Source of the DNA: Selaginella moellendorffii
Lineage: Eukaryota > Plantae > Lycopodiophyta
Direction: 5' to 3'
DNA: 64,000 nt
Assembly (NCBI RefSeq): GCF_000143415.4
Contig: NW_003314311.1
Location: forward strand, 1,372,769-1,436,768
Made by a program: the position numbers and the translations under genes. Positions 1-13,974 of the stretch are shown in pieces. Within the stretch, counting starts at the first letter, position 1. Every line of letters begins with the position of its first letter. The notes below the pieces were generated by a model. The model saw only the letters and a program-made list of their open reading frames with translations. It did no database searches and was not told where the DNA came from.

Positions 1-760
1 CTTCATGACCTTCATATGTTCCCGAGCACTTAGTTTGTGTGTCAGTGAATGCCCCCTGCAGCGCGCATAAGAGTGCCAGAAGCAAAAACCATGATAGCCA
101 AAAGAGATTCATGCTTTTGAAGAAACTATTGGCGTTGTGAACTCAGAAGCCACATTTGTAGACTGGATGACAGTCTTTTTTGTCTGGAATTAGAATTGTT
201 CAAGAGTCTGCCGGCGCTGAGATTCCAAATCTCTCCCTTGAATGCAGGTGGCGCACTGCAAAACCGGACGAAGCGGTTCACGCGGAAAGGAATCCCTATC
301 GTCGTCACAACAAAACAAACTTCCAAGATCTGTAATAGCTGATCGAATAGGCTCCTCCATTTCTAGGTCACACTAGATTCCTGTTGTTTATTCTAGAGGC
401 CATATGCTTTCGACTGCTCACACACAAGCGGAAAATCCTGGCAAGATTCAGAACAAGCGCTCACAACTTGATGATAGCAAGCGAGACTAAAACTGTTCAG
501 TGGACTCAGTGAATCAGCGGGGGAAGATGCTCATATGCTGCTGCAATGTCACTGGTGATTGCGATGTTTGTGCACCTGCCCCTACTCCTGCTGCAGACAA
601 ACTCGACCCATAATACCACGGGAGCAAAGGATATGTAAAATTTGCAAACGGGAGGTGGAGGACGAAGAGCATGTCATGTTTCGATGCCCTGGATACGCTT
701 CTATCTGCCAGCAATATCCACAGTTACCATGGATAATGGACAAATGAATATTCCAAATTA
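1..760 (+). mobile_element. 3' remnant of a non-LTR retrotransposon (LINE) ORF2, decayed, truncated by window start
   Basis: HKRKILARFRTSAHNLMI (~423-477) and IPREQRICKICKREVEDEEHVMFRCPGY (ORF 559-747) match the C-terminal CCHC zinc knuckle of LINE ORF2. Stops and indels upstream. Confidence 0.75.
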
Positions 761-1189
761 AATTGCTGATAATGTTTCTCTCGACAGAATTTAGATTGCA
801 CGCCATAGTTGTCTTATTTAGGGTACATTTTTATAGAGAAGAAAATGAAAGGGCAACAAGAATTTTCATTTAATTCTAGAAGGTATATTGAATCTTTTCT
901 ATTTTTATGCATTTAACTTATAGATCTTAAAAAAAAGTGTGGCCCATTGTTGAACTAACTTAGGAAAGCCCAAATAACCCTAAAGAGGAAGTAGTTGGAG
1001 CACCAATATAGGAAACACAAGGGGGAGAAGATTATACATCAAAAAAGCAACAATCATTTAGAAAATTCTCAACCAGTTAGACCCTTATGTTTTTACTAAA
1101 ATTGATGGTAAAAGTAAAATAGATTTAAATTTTCTTTTCTTAATTCTTTTACACAAAGGACTTAAGAATTTTTTGTGCTTGATGTATTT

Positions 1190-3640
1190 AAGCCAAGAAA
1201 ACAAATGTCTTTACTAGAGTAGGATTTACTACTATTCAATTGGGAGGTTTGAAAGATCATGATAATTCTAGTGATTATGTAGTTGCAAAGAGGGATAGAG
1301 ATTATAAACAATGACTTGAAGAGGACAAGCAAGGAAGAATAAAGGCATCAATAAGTAATTTGGTTTTATAGGAGGAAAGGAGGATTATATAGGTTATAAA
1401 AGTGAATTATATTTGTGCTACTTTAAACATACCACTACACAGATTTGAGAGGCTTTGTGAGAGTTACAGGAGAGCTGATGCTTTAGATTTCCTAAGTGGT
1501 GGTGAATATAGTTCTTACATAAATCCAATCTTAAGGAAGGAAATGGTTTTAGCAATTGGGGATGGTATTAAAGAGGAACTTTTTTTTTAGAGCTACAAGG
1601 AAGTCTTTTTTTTAGCTTGATGTTAGATAAGAGTATAGATAATTGATTTGAATGACACTTAATTCTTTATATGAGCTATCTCAAAGATAAAGGAAAGGGT
1701 GTTCAAACTATAAAGTTCATTCGATTACTACCTCTTCAAGATGGATTAATTTACAATGGCCTAATTCAAGTAGTAGATAACTTAAATCTGGACTTGAACA
1801 AACTTGTAACTTTAACAACAGATAGATGTAGCACTATGTTGGGGTCTATTACAAGAGTTGTCTAGCATTTTAGAAACAATATTCCAAGATTAGTTGGTAT
1901 GTATTGTATAGCATAGAAAGAAGTATTGGCAGCAAATGATGGATTCAAATTAGATGAAGAGCTTCTTAAGTTTATACACTCTATCCCAAACAAAGTGTAT
2001 TCTTGATTGGGAAGGAGTGCAAATCATTATCAATATTTCAAAGAACTGTTTGAAAACTATAATCATGAGCTATTAGCTTTATTACAAATTCATAAGGTGC
2101 AATGGTTGTCACAAGGGCAAGTTATGAAACGGTTTGCAAAAGTTATGCCGGTGGTTCTTTAGCTTTGGCAATTTGAACTACCTAAGTGGTATGACACCTT
2201 GAGAATCTTTCCTATTATAACTATTTACTTTTAAATTGATTTTATGTGTTCATTATAAGTATAGTTTTTTATTCATTTCCTAGCTGACATGCTTACAAAG
2301 TTGAATAAACTCAATCTAATGTTCTAACAAGAGAGGACATCATTGGTGATGATTAGCAATTTTTTGGATTTAATAGTCCAAAAATTTTCAAAGGGCTATT
2401 TGGTAAACTGTTGGACAGATTCAACCTTATTATCTGGTTTTTTATCTACTACTGAATCCAGAAAGCTAGAGTACTAGATAAATGGACAAATTATTTCTCA
2501 TATTTTGAGTTATAAAGAGATCTCTTGTAAGACCAAAGTTTTGGACTTGAATGCACTTTCCGGAAGGTCATTTAGCTAAGTACTATTTAAACCCAAGGAC
2601 ATTTAACCCCAAGTATCCCAAGATTTTTAACCGATTAGAAAAGAGGGTGCACTCATATTTATAGGCTTTTTCTTTCTATATTTAAATTTCATGGATCATC
2701 TTTCAAATTATTCTCTTTAATTGCTTACAATTCACTGTGTTTCCTTGCAAATTCATACCTTCATGAATAGACACTAAGAGTTGCAGCTTTTCTGAAAGCC
2801 TCACTCTTTTGACACCCTACTCCTTAGATCGAGCCCAACTAGAGGCAAATTAAACTTTAGATGTCAATTTCAACATGTGGTGTGATTCTTTTATCCAACT
2901 AATAGAGTTGGACGTGAAACCTCTCTGATATCAAATATAAATTCTTGAGTTTAGATTTCCCAAAATGTCACCTAACCCAATACTATTTAAACCAAATATG
3001 CTTAACCTCAAGTATCCTAAAACCTTTAACCAATTGGAAAAAGGGCTGCACTCTTATTTATGGGCTCTTTTCTTATTTGAACCTTATAGATTGTCTTTTA
3101 AATCATTTTTATTTCTTTTTTACTTATCAGTTAATGGTCTTAATTGACACTTTGAAGATTTCTCATTCTTTAATAGTTTAAAGATTTTTCCTCCTCGTTC
3201 AATTTTGGATGATTTAATAAAGAGGACAAAGCAAACTTAACTTCAACTAGAGAGACTTCTTAATAAAATCAACTATAACCAAATTATCATTGATATGAAA
3301 ACTATGTAGGAGCTAGATGATTTTATTGGGATGCTAAAATCAGCTAAAGGAAAAACCATGGATAATGCTTGGTGTGATTATAGAGGAGCTTTGATAGAGC
3401 ATGTTTCGAAGTAAGAAAAAAGTTTTATTCAATTTTCAGATCTTATGAGGCTATAACAACTTTGTATGATAATTTTAGCTAATATTGTTGCATGTGAAAG
3501 AGGATTTCTAGGTAAAATGACATAAAAAATTAGGTTAGAAGTAGATTTATTTTGGAGATGTTTGAGGCATTAATGATAATATACATGAATGCTCATAATC
3601 AAGATGCTGTGGATTGGTATAAAGTATTCTAAATTTAAAA
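1190..3640 (+). pseudogene. Decayed hAT (ZNF862-like) transposase
   Basis: Fragments FFSLMLDKSID, LTTDRCSTMLG, LVGMYCIA, IHKVQWLS, FFNSLKIFPP and NIVACERGF occur in the order expected for the hAT catalytic and dimerisation regions. Many stops and frameshifts. Confidence 0.8.
2565..3150. repeat. Two copies (~2565-2750, ~2965-3150) of a ~185-bp dispersed repeat inside the hAT relic; third copy ~10446-10600
   Basis: Shared core TACTATTTAAACC..TTAACC.CAAGTATCC..TGCACTC.TATTTAT.GGCT seen at all three sites, most decayed at the third. Confidence 0.6.
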
Positions 3641-4431
3641 TGGAAAGAGAGACATCCATGTAATTAGCTTTTCAATATAGTTTTTGGCTCTTTTTATCAA
3701 TAAAAAAAAACTTGTTAGCCTTTTTCAAATGAAAAGTAGATCAAAAAACTATATTTTATTTGAAAGTCAGACCCCACCCTTCAAATTTATAGCTTACTCA
3801 AGAGACTTCAAATAGAATTTATTTATATGGAACACATAACCCTAATTAATGATGTAACTCCTTGAAAAACTACTCCATGAAAAGGTAGAAAGGTGGGACT
3901 TATAGTGCCCTCCCTACCCCTTTTGTCAATATCAAGTGTTTCAAGATTTAAGATCAAAGGAGAAACATAGGAATCAAAAAACATTTATAATATTAAGTTT
4001 TTTTATTGGTTGGAGATGCAACATAATGTTATTTAATATTTGCAAAATGCTTTCCAAGTCATTCTCACATTGGCTAGGAAACTTAAAAAATATTAATTTG
4101 ACTAGTTCTGAATTGAGGACTAGATCTTGTGATTTTTAGTTACACGAAAAGCCTTATTCAAATTTAACAGGTTGTTCATGGAGTCAATAGTCAATTGTGA
4201 ATAACACACTTAAAATTGCTGTAGGAGGCCTTAGATTTGATACTAATCAGACTAGATTCAGCTATAGATCTAGTCTCTCAAACTCAAACTTGAGGTGTTG
4301 GGCCACTAGTAATAGTTGTCAGGTGTCTTTTGCCTCCAGGAGTCCCAACCAGTGTCTCTACTTGTCTTGCTAAGCCACTCATTTCAAGTTATCCTAGTGA
4401 CTTTCCAGTGTGTTTTTGGAGTCATTCTAGA

Positions 4432-5560
4432 TGTCGTGAATGTGACTTTAGGTATCAAAAGTTATCTATCAGGTAATCCTTTTGAATATTCTTTTTTTAC
4501 TGCCACGACAGCAAGAGGTCGGTATTGCTAGACCCTTTATTAATCCCTATTGTACTAGTGGAGTTAATTGGGCATTTCGAGTGTACTTAGATTGGACGAA
4601 CATAAGGATAGAATTCCTACATACTATTAACTAAGCCCAATAAGGAGTTTCCGTCTTATTGTGTCTTGCATTGGCTAGTGACAAAACCTTCATATATTGA
4701 AACTAGTCCTTCAATATCGTTAGATGATAGCTTACTGTGTTTGCCAAACACCCTCATTATCATACCTTTTGTGTTAGTCTCATTTCGGTCCCAAATGCTA
4801 TTTATGAAAAGTCTAGATTTGCTTATTTGGCATATTTATGGAATGTAGAGATTGTTTTGAACACAATGGTGTTTGTTCCGTATCCAAATTTGCAATATAA
4901 AAATATTCTATATTTAGTAAGTTTTGAGCTTGTCCTAGAGCTTAACTCCTAATACTAAGGGAGGCTTGGGGTAAAAGCCCAAAGCATGTGTTCTTAGGAC
5001 GGGGGGATATAAAGGGTTCCAAATGTATAGTAAGGATAGTGGGTAGGTTGGGCATGGCTGACCAACTTGAGGCATAGTTTAGTTCCCGCTTGTGTGCCTC
5101 TCTTTATTCTGTGTCTAGCTTGGGTTTAAGCCCAAGTTCCATTCTATGCTAGTTGGTGAAGTATTTATATACTTGCGTTAGGCCACCAGTATGCTGAAAT
5201 AGCACTAAACTCCATTTGGCTTCATTTTGCATGTTGGTCCTAGCATTGGGATGTTGAATCCTCTAGGACTATTCCAAGTTGCTCTATGCTTTTGTCCTTT
5301 CACTCCTTAGGCTATACACTTAGAAGTCATTCCATGCTTTGGTTCCTTCGTTCCTTGGCTCCATGCTTGGGAGTTTAGCTCCATTCCTTCATTTAGTGGC
5401 ACAAGGCTTTAAAACTCAGGTTTTGCACCACTATTCTATGGACATATGGCATGTGGCACATGCCATATAACATGTGGCACATAAAAGGTTTAAGTTCCCC
5501 TTCATGGTTATCCTATAGTAAATCACCATAGGATAAAGGGTAAAAACCACATGCACTACA
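4432..5560 (+). mobile_element. Solo LTR (1129 bp) with 5-bp TSD CTAGA
   Basis: TG...CA termini. CTAGA at 4427-4431 and 5561-5565. Colinear with copies at 47969 and 49432. Confidence 0.92.
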
Positions 5561-5814
5561 CTAGACAACACCAACAAAAAGTCTTAGAAAATTTTAGGAT
5601 TTTGTATCTTAGCTTGAAGGTATGCCCAACATAGAGCTCCATGAAAAAGTCAATCCTCCATCAGATAAGGATCTAGAGATTCTTAGTACCCAGCTGACTG
5701 GACCTCTAGTTAGAAAAACCAAAGAAATGAGAATCTATAATAATAAGGAGTAATCACCAAACTTTCTAGGCTGCTAGATCTAGCCAATGGCAGCTGTCCG
5801 ATGGGGTGGGGGTA

Positions 5815-7200
5815 ACTGTAAAAGGATTATATCTTTAACCACATCTTAGTAAATAATTGTGTTGATGTTTTCTCTCAGCCAATGGGAGGTGGCTAATTGC
5901 ATAGGGCAAGAGAAGAAGGCGCTGCAACATGTGTTGCATGCAATGTATTAACCATGACAAAGTTATTGTGAGTTTTGCATATGCTCAATGACATAGCAAA
6001 AGATAAACAAGGCTTTGGGCTAATGTCTGTGATTAACCCAAAGTTAATCAACTGCTTCATTCAGGATCTCTTTCTCATATGGCAGTGGCAGCCAGTGATT
6101 CTAATTTGGGGTTTCAAGACCATGTAAATTACAATTACCAATCATCATTAAACGATGTTTCTTCATAATAGCAACAAGTTTTAGGTGATGTAGAAATGGG
6201 TGGAGAGAGCAGTGAACCAAATTTGTGTTTATCTTGATAAGGCAAAATCTAATCACTTTCCTTTTTAGGATTTGAGCACCCTGCACAGCTTAGTGCTTTA
6301 GATACTTGGTTTATTCTTATAAAATGCTTTACAGCTTGAGGAATAAGTGTGCAAAAAGACTTCAAACAACCATTAGATTTTCAAAGTCATTTTGCTATTT
6401 TAGTAGGTAGTAGCAGCTAGCTTCTTTGCTTCTTAAACCTTTTATGTGGCTAAATCTAGGCATTTAGATACAGACTTCCAACTAAGTGCCCTGTGGGATT
6501 GTAAGGTAAAATGGTTATTTCTTTAACCACATCTTAGTGAATAATCATGTTGATGTTTGCTCTCAACCAATGGGAGGCGGCCAATTGCATAGGGCAAGAG
6601 AAGAAGGTGCTGCAACATGTGTCACATGCAATGTATTGACCATGATTGTGTTAACCATGACAAAGTTATTGTGAGTTTTGCATGTGCTCAATGACGTGAC
6701 AAAATATAAGTAGGGCTTTGGGTCAATGGTTGTGATTAACCCAAAGTTAATCAATTGCTTCATTCAAGATCTTTCTCTCTAATGGCAGTGGCAGCTAGCG
6801 ATTCTAATTTAGGGTCTCAAGACTATATAGACTATAATTACCAGTTATCACCAGACAATGTCTCTCACAATAACAACAAATTTTAGGTGATGTAAAAATG
6901 GGTGGAGAGAGCAATGAACCAGGTTTATATTTATCTTGATAAGGTAGAATTTAATCACTTTCCTTTTCAGGATTTGAGCACCTTACACAGCTTAGTGCTT
7001 CAGGTATTTGGTTTATTCCAATAAAATGCTTTACAGCTTGAGGAATAGGTGTGCAAGAAGACTTCAAACAATCGTTAGATTTTCAAAGTCCCTTTGCTAT
7101 TTTAGTAGGTACTGGCACCTCTTTGCTTCTTAAACATTCTCTATGGCCAGATCTAGGTATTTAGACACAGACTTCCAGCCAAGTGCCCCGTGGGATTGTA
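5815..7200. repeat. Tandem duplication of a ~690-bp TE-derived unit (5815-6503 / 6504-7200)
   Basis: Both units start ...TCTTTAACCACATCTTAGT and end AAGTGCCCYGTGGGATTGTA. Colinear throughout. Confidence 0.9.
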
Positions 7201-9584
7201 GGAGGTACTCAATTTTAGAATGTTTTTTCTTTTTTTTGTTATGGGTTTGTAATGAGATTTTCTAACTAAGTGCAAATTATATAGCATTCTAGACCTTGGC
7301 ATATGGAATCTAATTGCTTCCTCTAAGGAAACACAATATGCATGTGTTCATATTGCACATTTATAACTTCATTCAAATGGTAAGCCACTTCTTATATATA
7401 TATATTATCTCGGTATGACAGTTATGATTTCCAACACAACTTGACAAATATAGCATTGATATCAAGGTTCCTTAATATCAATTTCACTAATAGCTATAGT
7501 ATGCACCTTGCGATAGCTTCGATGGCAGCCAACATTGTTGATAAATACAGCTACATTTTCAAGCCATTTAACTAGCTATATATTCAACATTACAATGTTA
7601 GAGCTAAGAATCCAAAATATCATTTAGGGCTCTATTATCTCTCAGTAGGTATTTTTACAACCACACATGTTCCAGCATGCCCAAAGAAAGCTCCTCCAAT
7701 GCTTGATTTTGTTAGGCCATCAGACATTGTTCCATTGAGTCAATTTAGGGGATGCTTCTACTTATACTTCTGCAATAATTGTTGTGGCAATCACTGATGT
7801 GGATCAAATGCCTAACATTATAAACATCATATTCATTGCTGATAATCCTAAAGCTAAAAACACCTATAAGGTATTTGTAATATTTTGATTAGATTTTTTT
7901 TATGAAGTTCAAAAGCAGGTGTATATACTAGGTGATATGGACCATGTCTATTATGAGTCAAATTGTTAAGGTTTACTAGAGACATGCCAAGTTGTATTTT
8001 CTATAGTTTCTGAGGAACTAAGGATAAAAATGTGTTCAAGATTGCACCTTCCACTATTGTCTTGAAAATTCCTAACAATACACCGTAGAACCATATATAA
8101 AAGCAACTACACTTTGTCTCATTTATATATGGAAAGAACTTCTTTGGGGTATGTTTTTCGAGATGTTTTCCATTGGTTCATAATACATGTTTTGTCAATA
8201 GGTGCATGGCTGTTTCATCCCTAAAAACCCTCAAGAAATCTTTGTTTGTTGTGGCTGCCACATTTGCAAAAAGTTTAGGATCAAGAAACAAACACAAAAT
8301 ATTTATTAATGTCACCATTATAAAAATGAATGAATGTTTTTCTAAACTTTGTGGGTCCATGGCAAATTCTATCCAAATAGTGGCCACCCCCAAGACATTT
8401 GCATGGAGGACACTTATAGAGACAAAGCATATGGTCTCACTCCTAGCTAGTTTCTAAGAATGTTCACTTCTATTTGAATGCCCGAGGCAATCAAACTTTT
8501 AGAAACAAAAAAGCCACCAACATGCCACTTCTTATTCTCCACTGGTGCCAATTAGAGTTTGCCAAAAGTTATTGCATTCAAGGTTGATTAAAATATTGTG
8601 CACTTTCATTTTTTGTTCTGCAATATGCTTTCGCTTTTTGTTTGTATAATATATTGTTTATAAACTTGCTGCATAGTTGTATCTAGGATCCATTATATCC
8701 ACTTGATGGTAGATTGCAACCTCAAAGTCTCTTGCAAGACTCTACATTGAATTTTGGCTTCACTTCTAATGAGTCCAGCTCCACTTTAGTTATCTTTATA
8801 GAATCCTCCATGATTTAAGTGTTTGAACTTTCGAATTTCGTCAAGTGCAAGAATGCTTTGACCAGGAGCTTGAAATCTCCCCTAGGCAGTTATAGCTCTA
8901 TAGTTCTATAGCTCCTTTTACTCCTTGGTGAGTGTGGGGGAAGCTTCGGGCTAGAATCTCTCTCCAAGAAGCAAATCACATAAGAATTGTTCACCACAGA
9001 TGGATTCTTGATGTTTCAAGCATTGTAGGTTGAAGTGTGATGAGTGTTGGCAAACTTCACTAGAAAGAATAAGGATAACTCAACTGAACAACATAAGTAA
9101 CCACACCACCAGAGGCAACAAAACCATTGTACTTCAATCCATTGGAGTCTCAAAGGATTTAATACGCAGTGAGTCCAACCACTGATAAAGTTGCAGCCTC
9201 AACAGCAGAAACTCTTAATGGCCTTTTAATTATGTATTTTATTGCACTTATAGCATACTGTATAGATCCTCCAACGTGCTATGAAAACCACCAAAGTTTG
9301 AAGTGTGACAAACCTTTCAAGCAAGAAAGGAAAAAAAAAAATGAAGATCACTTTAAGATTGAGCCAAGAGACAACTTTGTCTCTTTGTGAGAATTCAGTG
9401 ATGATGGGACCAACACTCACAATTTCTCCATTCATATCAGAGCTTGCATAGATCAGAAAGAAAAAAATAAAAAAAGAAGAGAAAAACGAATCTCAACTCT
9501 AGTACTCTAAAGAAAAAAGCCTAAATACTTACAAGGTATATATAGCAATTTAATAGAATAGATGACTTTGAGCATTCCCTTCTA

Positions 9585-10258
9585 GAGCTGGGATTGGGCA
9601 ATGCTTGTGCTAGCAGTAAGTTTTTCCTTTGATGGTCCTTTCAAAGATCCAACGTCTACTGGCAAAGACCCTATTGCAACGTCTCTAATGTTGCTGAAGT
9701 CAATGGAAGCTTTATCATACAAGAAACTCTATGTTGCTCACTTGAAAGATTACTAGGCTCTCTTCCACTAGGTTTTGCTATAGATCAACAAGAAAAGGGG
9801 AGAAATTTGATTTGCAAGCTCTATGAGTATATCAATACAAGAAAGAATCCAGGCTTTTGCAAACAATGAGGATCAGGCAATTGTTAATGCTACTCTTCTT
9901 GTTTAGATGATATTTGCTTATATCTTCTTCGAGACCTGGAACTTTTGTTGCCAACCTCCAAGGTATCTGGAACAAGGACTTGAAGCCTGCATGGAGGTGA
10001 AACAGCCAGCCGAGGTGTGCAATCTTGCTAAGTGTCACGAGCCATTGTTTGATTTTGTGTCCTCAATGGCAATCAATGGTAGTCACATGGCAAAGGTATG
10101 AATGAGTTGTTTATTGGCATAAACTAAGCAAAGAGTGACACAAACTTCAGGTGAATTATAATATAAGATGCTAGGTTACACATCACAATGTAGATATATA
10201 GGTGCAAACTTCACCAATTGGTGGTGACCCTATCTATACTCTCTTTCCCATATGAGGT
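9585..10258 (+). pseudogene. GH95 alpha-L-fucosidase 2 (FUC95A/AXY8-like) pseudogene fragment
   Basis: WDWAMLVLAVSFSFDGPFKDPTSTGKDP; YLLISSSRPGTFVANLQGIWNKDLKPAW; PAEVCNLAKCHEPLFDFVSSMAINGS; intron; VNYNI..THHNVDI..TSPIGGDP. Stops, frameshifts and loss of the NINLQMNYW segment. Confidence 0.85.
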
Positions 10259-11503
10259 AGGTGGTTTCGCATTCCATAATTTATTTATTAGCATGTAACA
10301 AAACAAAATCCTTTATATATGTTTATCAATATTTTATTTGAGATATTGACAAATCTCAATATATGGTGATTCCTCTAGCAAATTAATAGAGTTTGACCTA
10401 AAAATTATATCAAATGTAAGTTCTTGAATTTGGACTTTGTGAGAGGTCATCCACCTTAGTATTATTTAATCTCAAGGATGTTTAACTGTAACTTTTAATT
10501 AATTCAAAAAAATGTACTCTTATTCATGGACTCTTTCTCTTTATATTTAAACCTTAATAGATTGTTTCAAAAATTATTCTTTTTTATTTCTTACACTTAT
10601 AAGTAATAAAAAGTTAAATCAAGAACAAGGTGATGAGCCTACTCACTTCCATTACTATCCTCATTTTATCAATATTATACTCGTCTGAATACTCTAATAA
10701 TAACTTTACATATTGGGAATGCAATGCGTAGTTATGTAAAAAGAAATTATTAGAATACCACTTCACCCATACTTAATTCATTGTAGAAAGAATAAAATCA
10801 TGACATTGCCATAACTGTGCTACTAAACTTGTGTTACAGTGGCTTAAAATAATTAAGTTATTCATTTTTTTTGTCAGGATGGATCAAATGTATGGCAATC
10901 AATCTATCTCATTAAACTAAAAGTAATCTATATATAAAAAAATGAAGAGCACAACCTCCAACAGCTGTTGGATCTCAGACTTTGGGACAACCTCGAAAGA
11001 CATGCTTTTAGTAAAAATCAGGTGGATGTTTTGGTGGTCAATAGGTAGTAGACATGGTGGCCAATTGACAGCCAAGCATATGTGCAATGTAGCACTTTAT
11101 TTCTCATGAGCAGTGTAGTGGAGCAAGTGAGCTAAACACCTAATGATATGCCTAGCCATTTATTTTTCCAAGTGGCTCTTTCTCTTTGACATAGAGCATG
11201 AAATCTAAAAGGGGGTATTGTTCTTATTCCACTTCTGGCCACAAGTGGCCCTAGATGATGATGATCAGGGTTAAATTTTTATCTCAGGAATCAAAATCAC
11301 TTGTTGCCTTGCACAATTTCCTCCTTATGGATCTTCGTAATTAATCATAATTCAACACCAAGTGTGGTGGTGAGTAGCCACCTCTCAGGAAGATTTTCTC
11401 CACGGCACATCTCATATCACAAATGTGTGTGCCCAAACCCTGGATAAAAGGAGGTACTGTATCATATATATATTTAAGTTCTATAAACATTTAAGAAGAT
11501 AGA

Positions 11504-11505
<2 letters not shown>

Positions 11506-11592
<87 letters not shown>
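11506..11592. repeat. (TA)n microsatellite, ~43 units
   Basis: Direct observation. Confidence 0.98.
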
Positions 11593-11596
<4 letters not shown>

Positions 11597-11606
11597 TTTT
11601 GCTATA

Positions 11607-11680
11607 GTAAATCTATAGCAAAAAACAACATAGTATATATATATATATATATACTATATTGTTTTTTGCTATAGATTTAC
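11607..11680. repeat. 74-bp near-perfect inverted repeat with (TA)n centre
   Basis: GTAAATCTATAGCAAAAAACAACATAG ... CTATATTGTTTTTTGCTATAGATTTAC. Confidence 0.9.
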
Positions 11681-13974
11681 TTAGTTAAGTCTCATTAATA
11701 GAAGCTACTCACTTAAACCTTTTCATACAAACTTCACGGCCATTAGGGAGTGAGGCCAAGTGTTTCTTAGACCATAATTTCTGCCAAAGAACCAAGCTCT
11801 CACTCCCCTCAAAGAGGAGAGTCTCACAATGGACTCTATAATTGAAACTCCTTGTGTTAGGTGAGTGATACAATTGCCGCCAAGCATATAAGGCTTGATT
11901 CCATGGGGAAGTGGTTGGCAAATAAAGACACCATTGACAGCATGAAAGGTTTTCACACTTCCAAGCATAGATTTGAAATTCTATATAGTGTGGTTTTAGA
12001 TATTTAACATTATTATTTTAGAGTAAAACATAGTTTTTTTTATAATATTATAATTCTGCCAATACCATCTTAGCATCATTTCAATTGGGTACTTCTATGC
12101 AATGTGTTCAAATTTATATATACATTGGTTTCATATAATATGTTGATCATGTATTGAACATTCCATTCATAAAGTTCCTCTTTGTCTTTTGCCCCTTCTC
12201 AAAGAATATTTTGTTCTCAAGTAGCAATGCAATTGACTATCTCTCTATTTTATCATATATTCAAAAGGTAGGCAACAATAAATCTTATATGTTATATCAA
12301 AGCCTAGAGGATAAGATTTTAAATCTACAACTAAGTATGTTACAAAATAAAAGTTTTATCACACAATGTTATAGTAACTACATAGCTTGGACAAACATCT
12401 CTTGCTCATGTTAAAGAAGAAGAAACATCTCTTGCTCCTATTTAATATGTCCTTTTTTGTTTTTAACAACAACCTAATGGTAGATTTAGAGTTACAAAAG
12501 ATGCAAATTCCAATAACACACTTGACATTAGCAGTATGCTCTATTATTTTGTTTATTTTGATGTTGCTTTTAACTTTTGGGTCTCCATGGATATTACAAT
12601 GTAACATACCTAAACATATAGTAATTGCATTGGCAATACATGTACCTGAAGATAAGGTTTTTATAGACATAGATCCAATAAAATTAAATTTACTTCCAGA
12701 AGTATTGAGTGAGAATAATTTCAATGAAAACAACCTTACAGTCTTCCTTGCATCACCAACCAACAATGGATGGCATTCCTGGTATCTAATAGTTTCTATT
12801 TACAATATAATTTGTTTTATAGAAATCTGATGGTCATAAAATTGCAACAGACTTAAATTCCAGTGGTGCACATAACATTGATAGTATATTCTATTATTTC
12901 ATTTGCCTTTTGATGTTTCTTTTAATTATAAACACACAAGGAAGGGTCAAAAGAGTAATAGTGTCCCTTTTTCTAGGTTGATCAAAATTAGCTTACAAAT
13001 TATCTAAAGCTTCCTGAACAACAACATAGTGACAAGGAAATACACTATAGTGCTAAATTAGGTGATGATTTTGATTGTCCACGATTCTTGTTTCAATCCT
13101 GTTAAAGATTTATCTCTCAAATTAAATGCAACTCTAAGTAAGACAGTATTTAACATTGAAAGTAGGCCTTTTTAGGTGTAGCATAAGACTCTAGGTGCTA
13201 GAGAGGTCAGTTTGTGAAATTATTTTCTTTTCTTTTATGTGTTCTTTGTACCTAGAGTAATGAAGAATTGTCAATAACCATAAAAGGAAGAATTCCACAA
13301 TGGATCACTTTTTATTTATAGTGACCATTAATTATTCAATTCACATGATAAACATTATACACTTTTTTGGTAGGCAATGATGAAGGAGCTTTAGGAGTTC
13401 ATGTGCTTTGACATCCCTACCCACTTGGATGCACTTATTATTCCATCCAAAGACACTCATTTAATTAAGTGGATCTTAATTCCACTCTTGGCTCGTGTGG
13501 AGCTTTTTATCTTGGGATCATCTATGTGCCAAGAGCTAAGGGCCAAGCAGTGAGTGATCTTGATAGCATTTTATGTTGATTGAGGCTAAAGGTCAAGTTG
13601 TAAGTGCTGTCCTTGTGTCTTTTGCTGCACTATAGCGTGTGTGTGAGTAGCATGAACATTGAGGCCATTGGCAGTCATTTTTGGCTCAATTGCAGCACTT
13701 TGAGGTCTGAAGGGTGATCAATGAAGTGCTTGGTATTGTTGGGCAATGTGAGTGTTTTATTGATTTTTCAACAGGAATTTATTCTTGATTGCTTTTTTTT
13801 TTAAAAAAAATTCTTGGAGGTGATGGTGGGCAATGTTATTGTTCAAATATGGTACTTCAGGGGGCAATATTGGTTTTATGATCTCACAGTTGAGTTCGGA
13901 TACTGCTATCATGAAGTTTTATCATCAAAGTAGCAAGAGGACAAGTGATTCAAACCCTAGAGCCTAGGGTTCTT

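Noticed and set aside
7250-9100. Possible decayed coding or TE sequence
   Set aside because: No motif I could assign with confidence.
11700-13300. AT-rich ORFs of 70-147 aa, possible retroelement relic
   Set aside because: No recognisable RT or integrase motif; likely degraded TE or chance ORFs.
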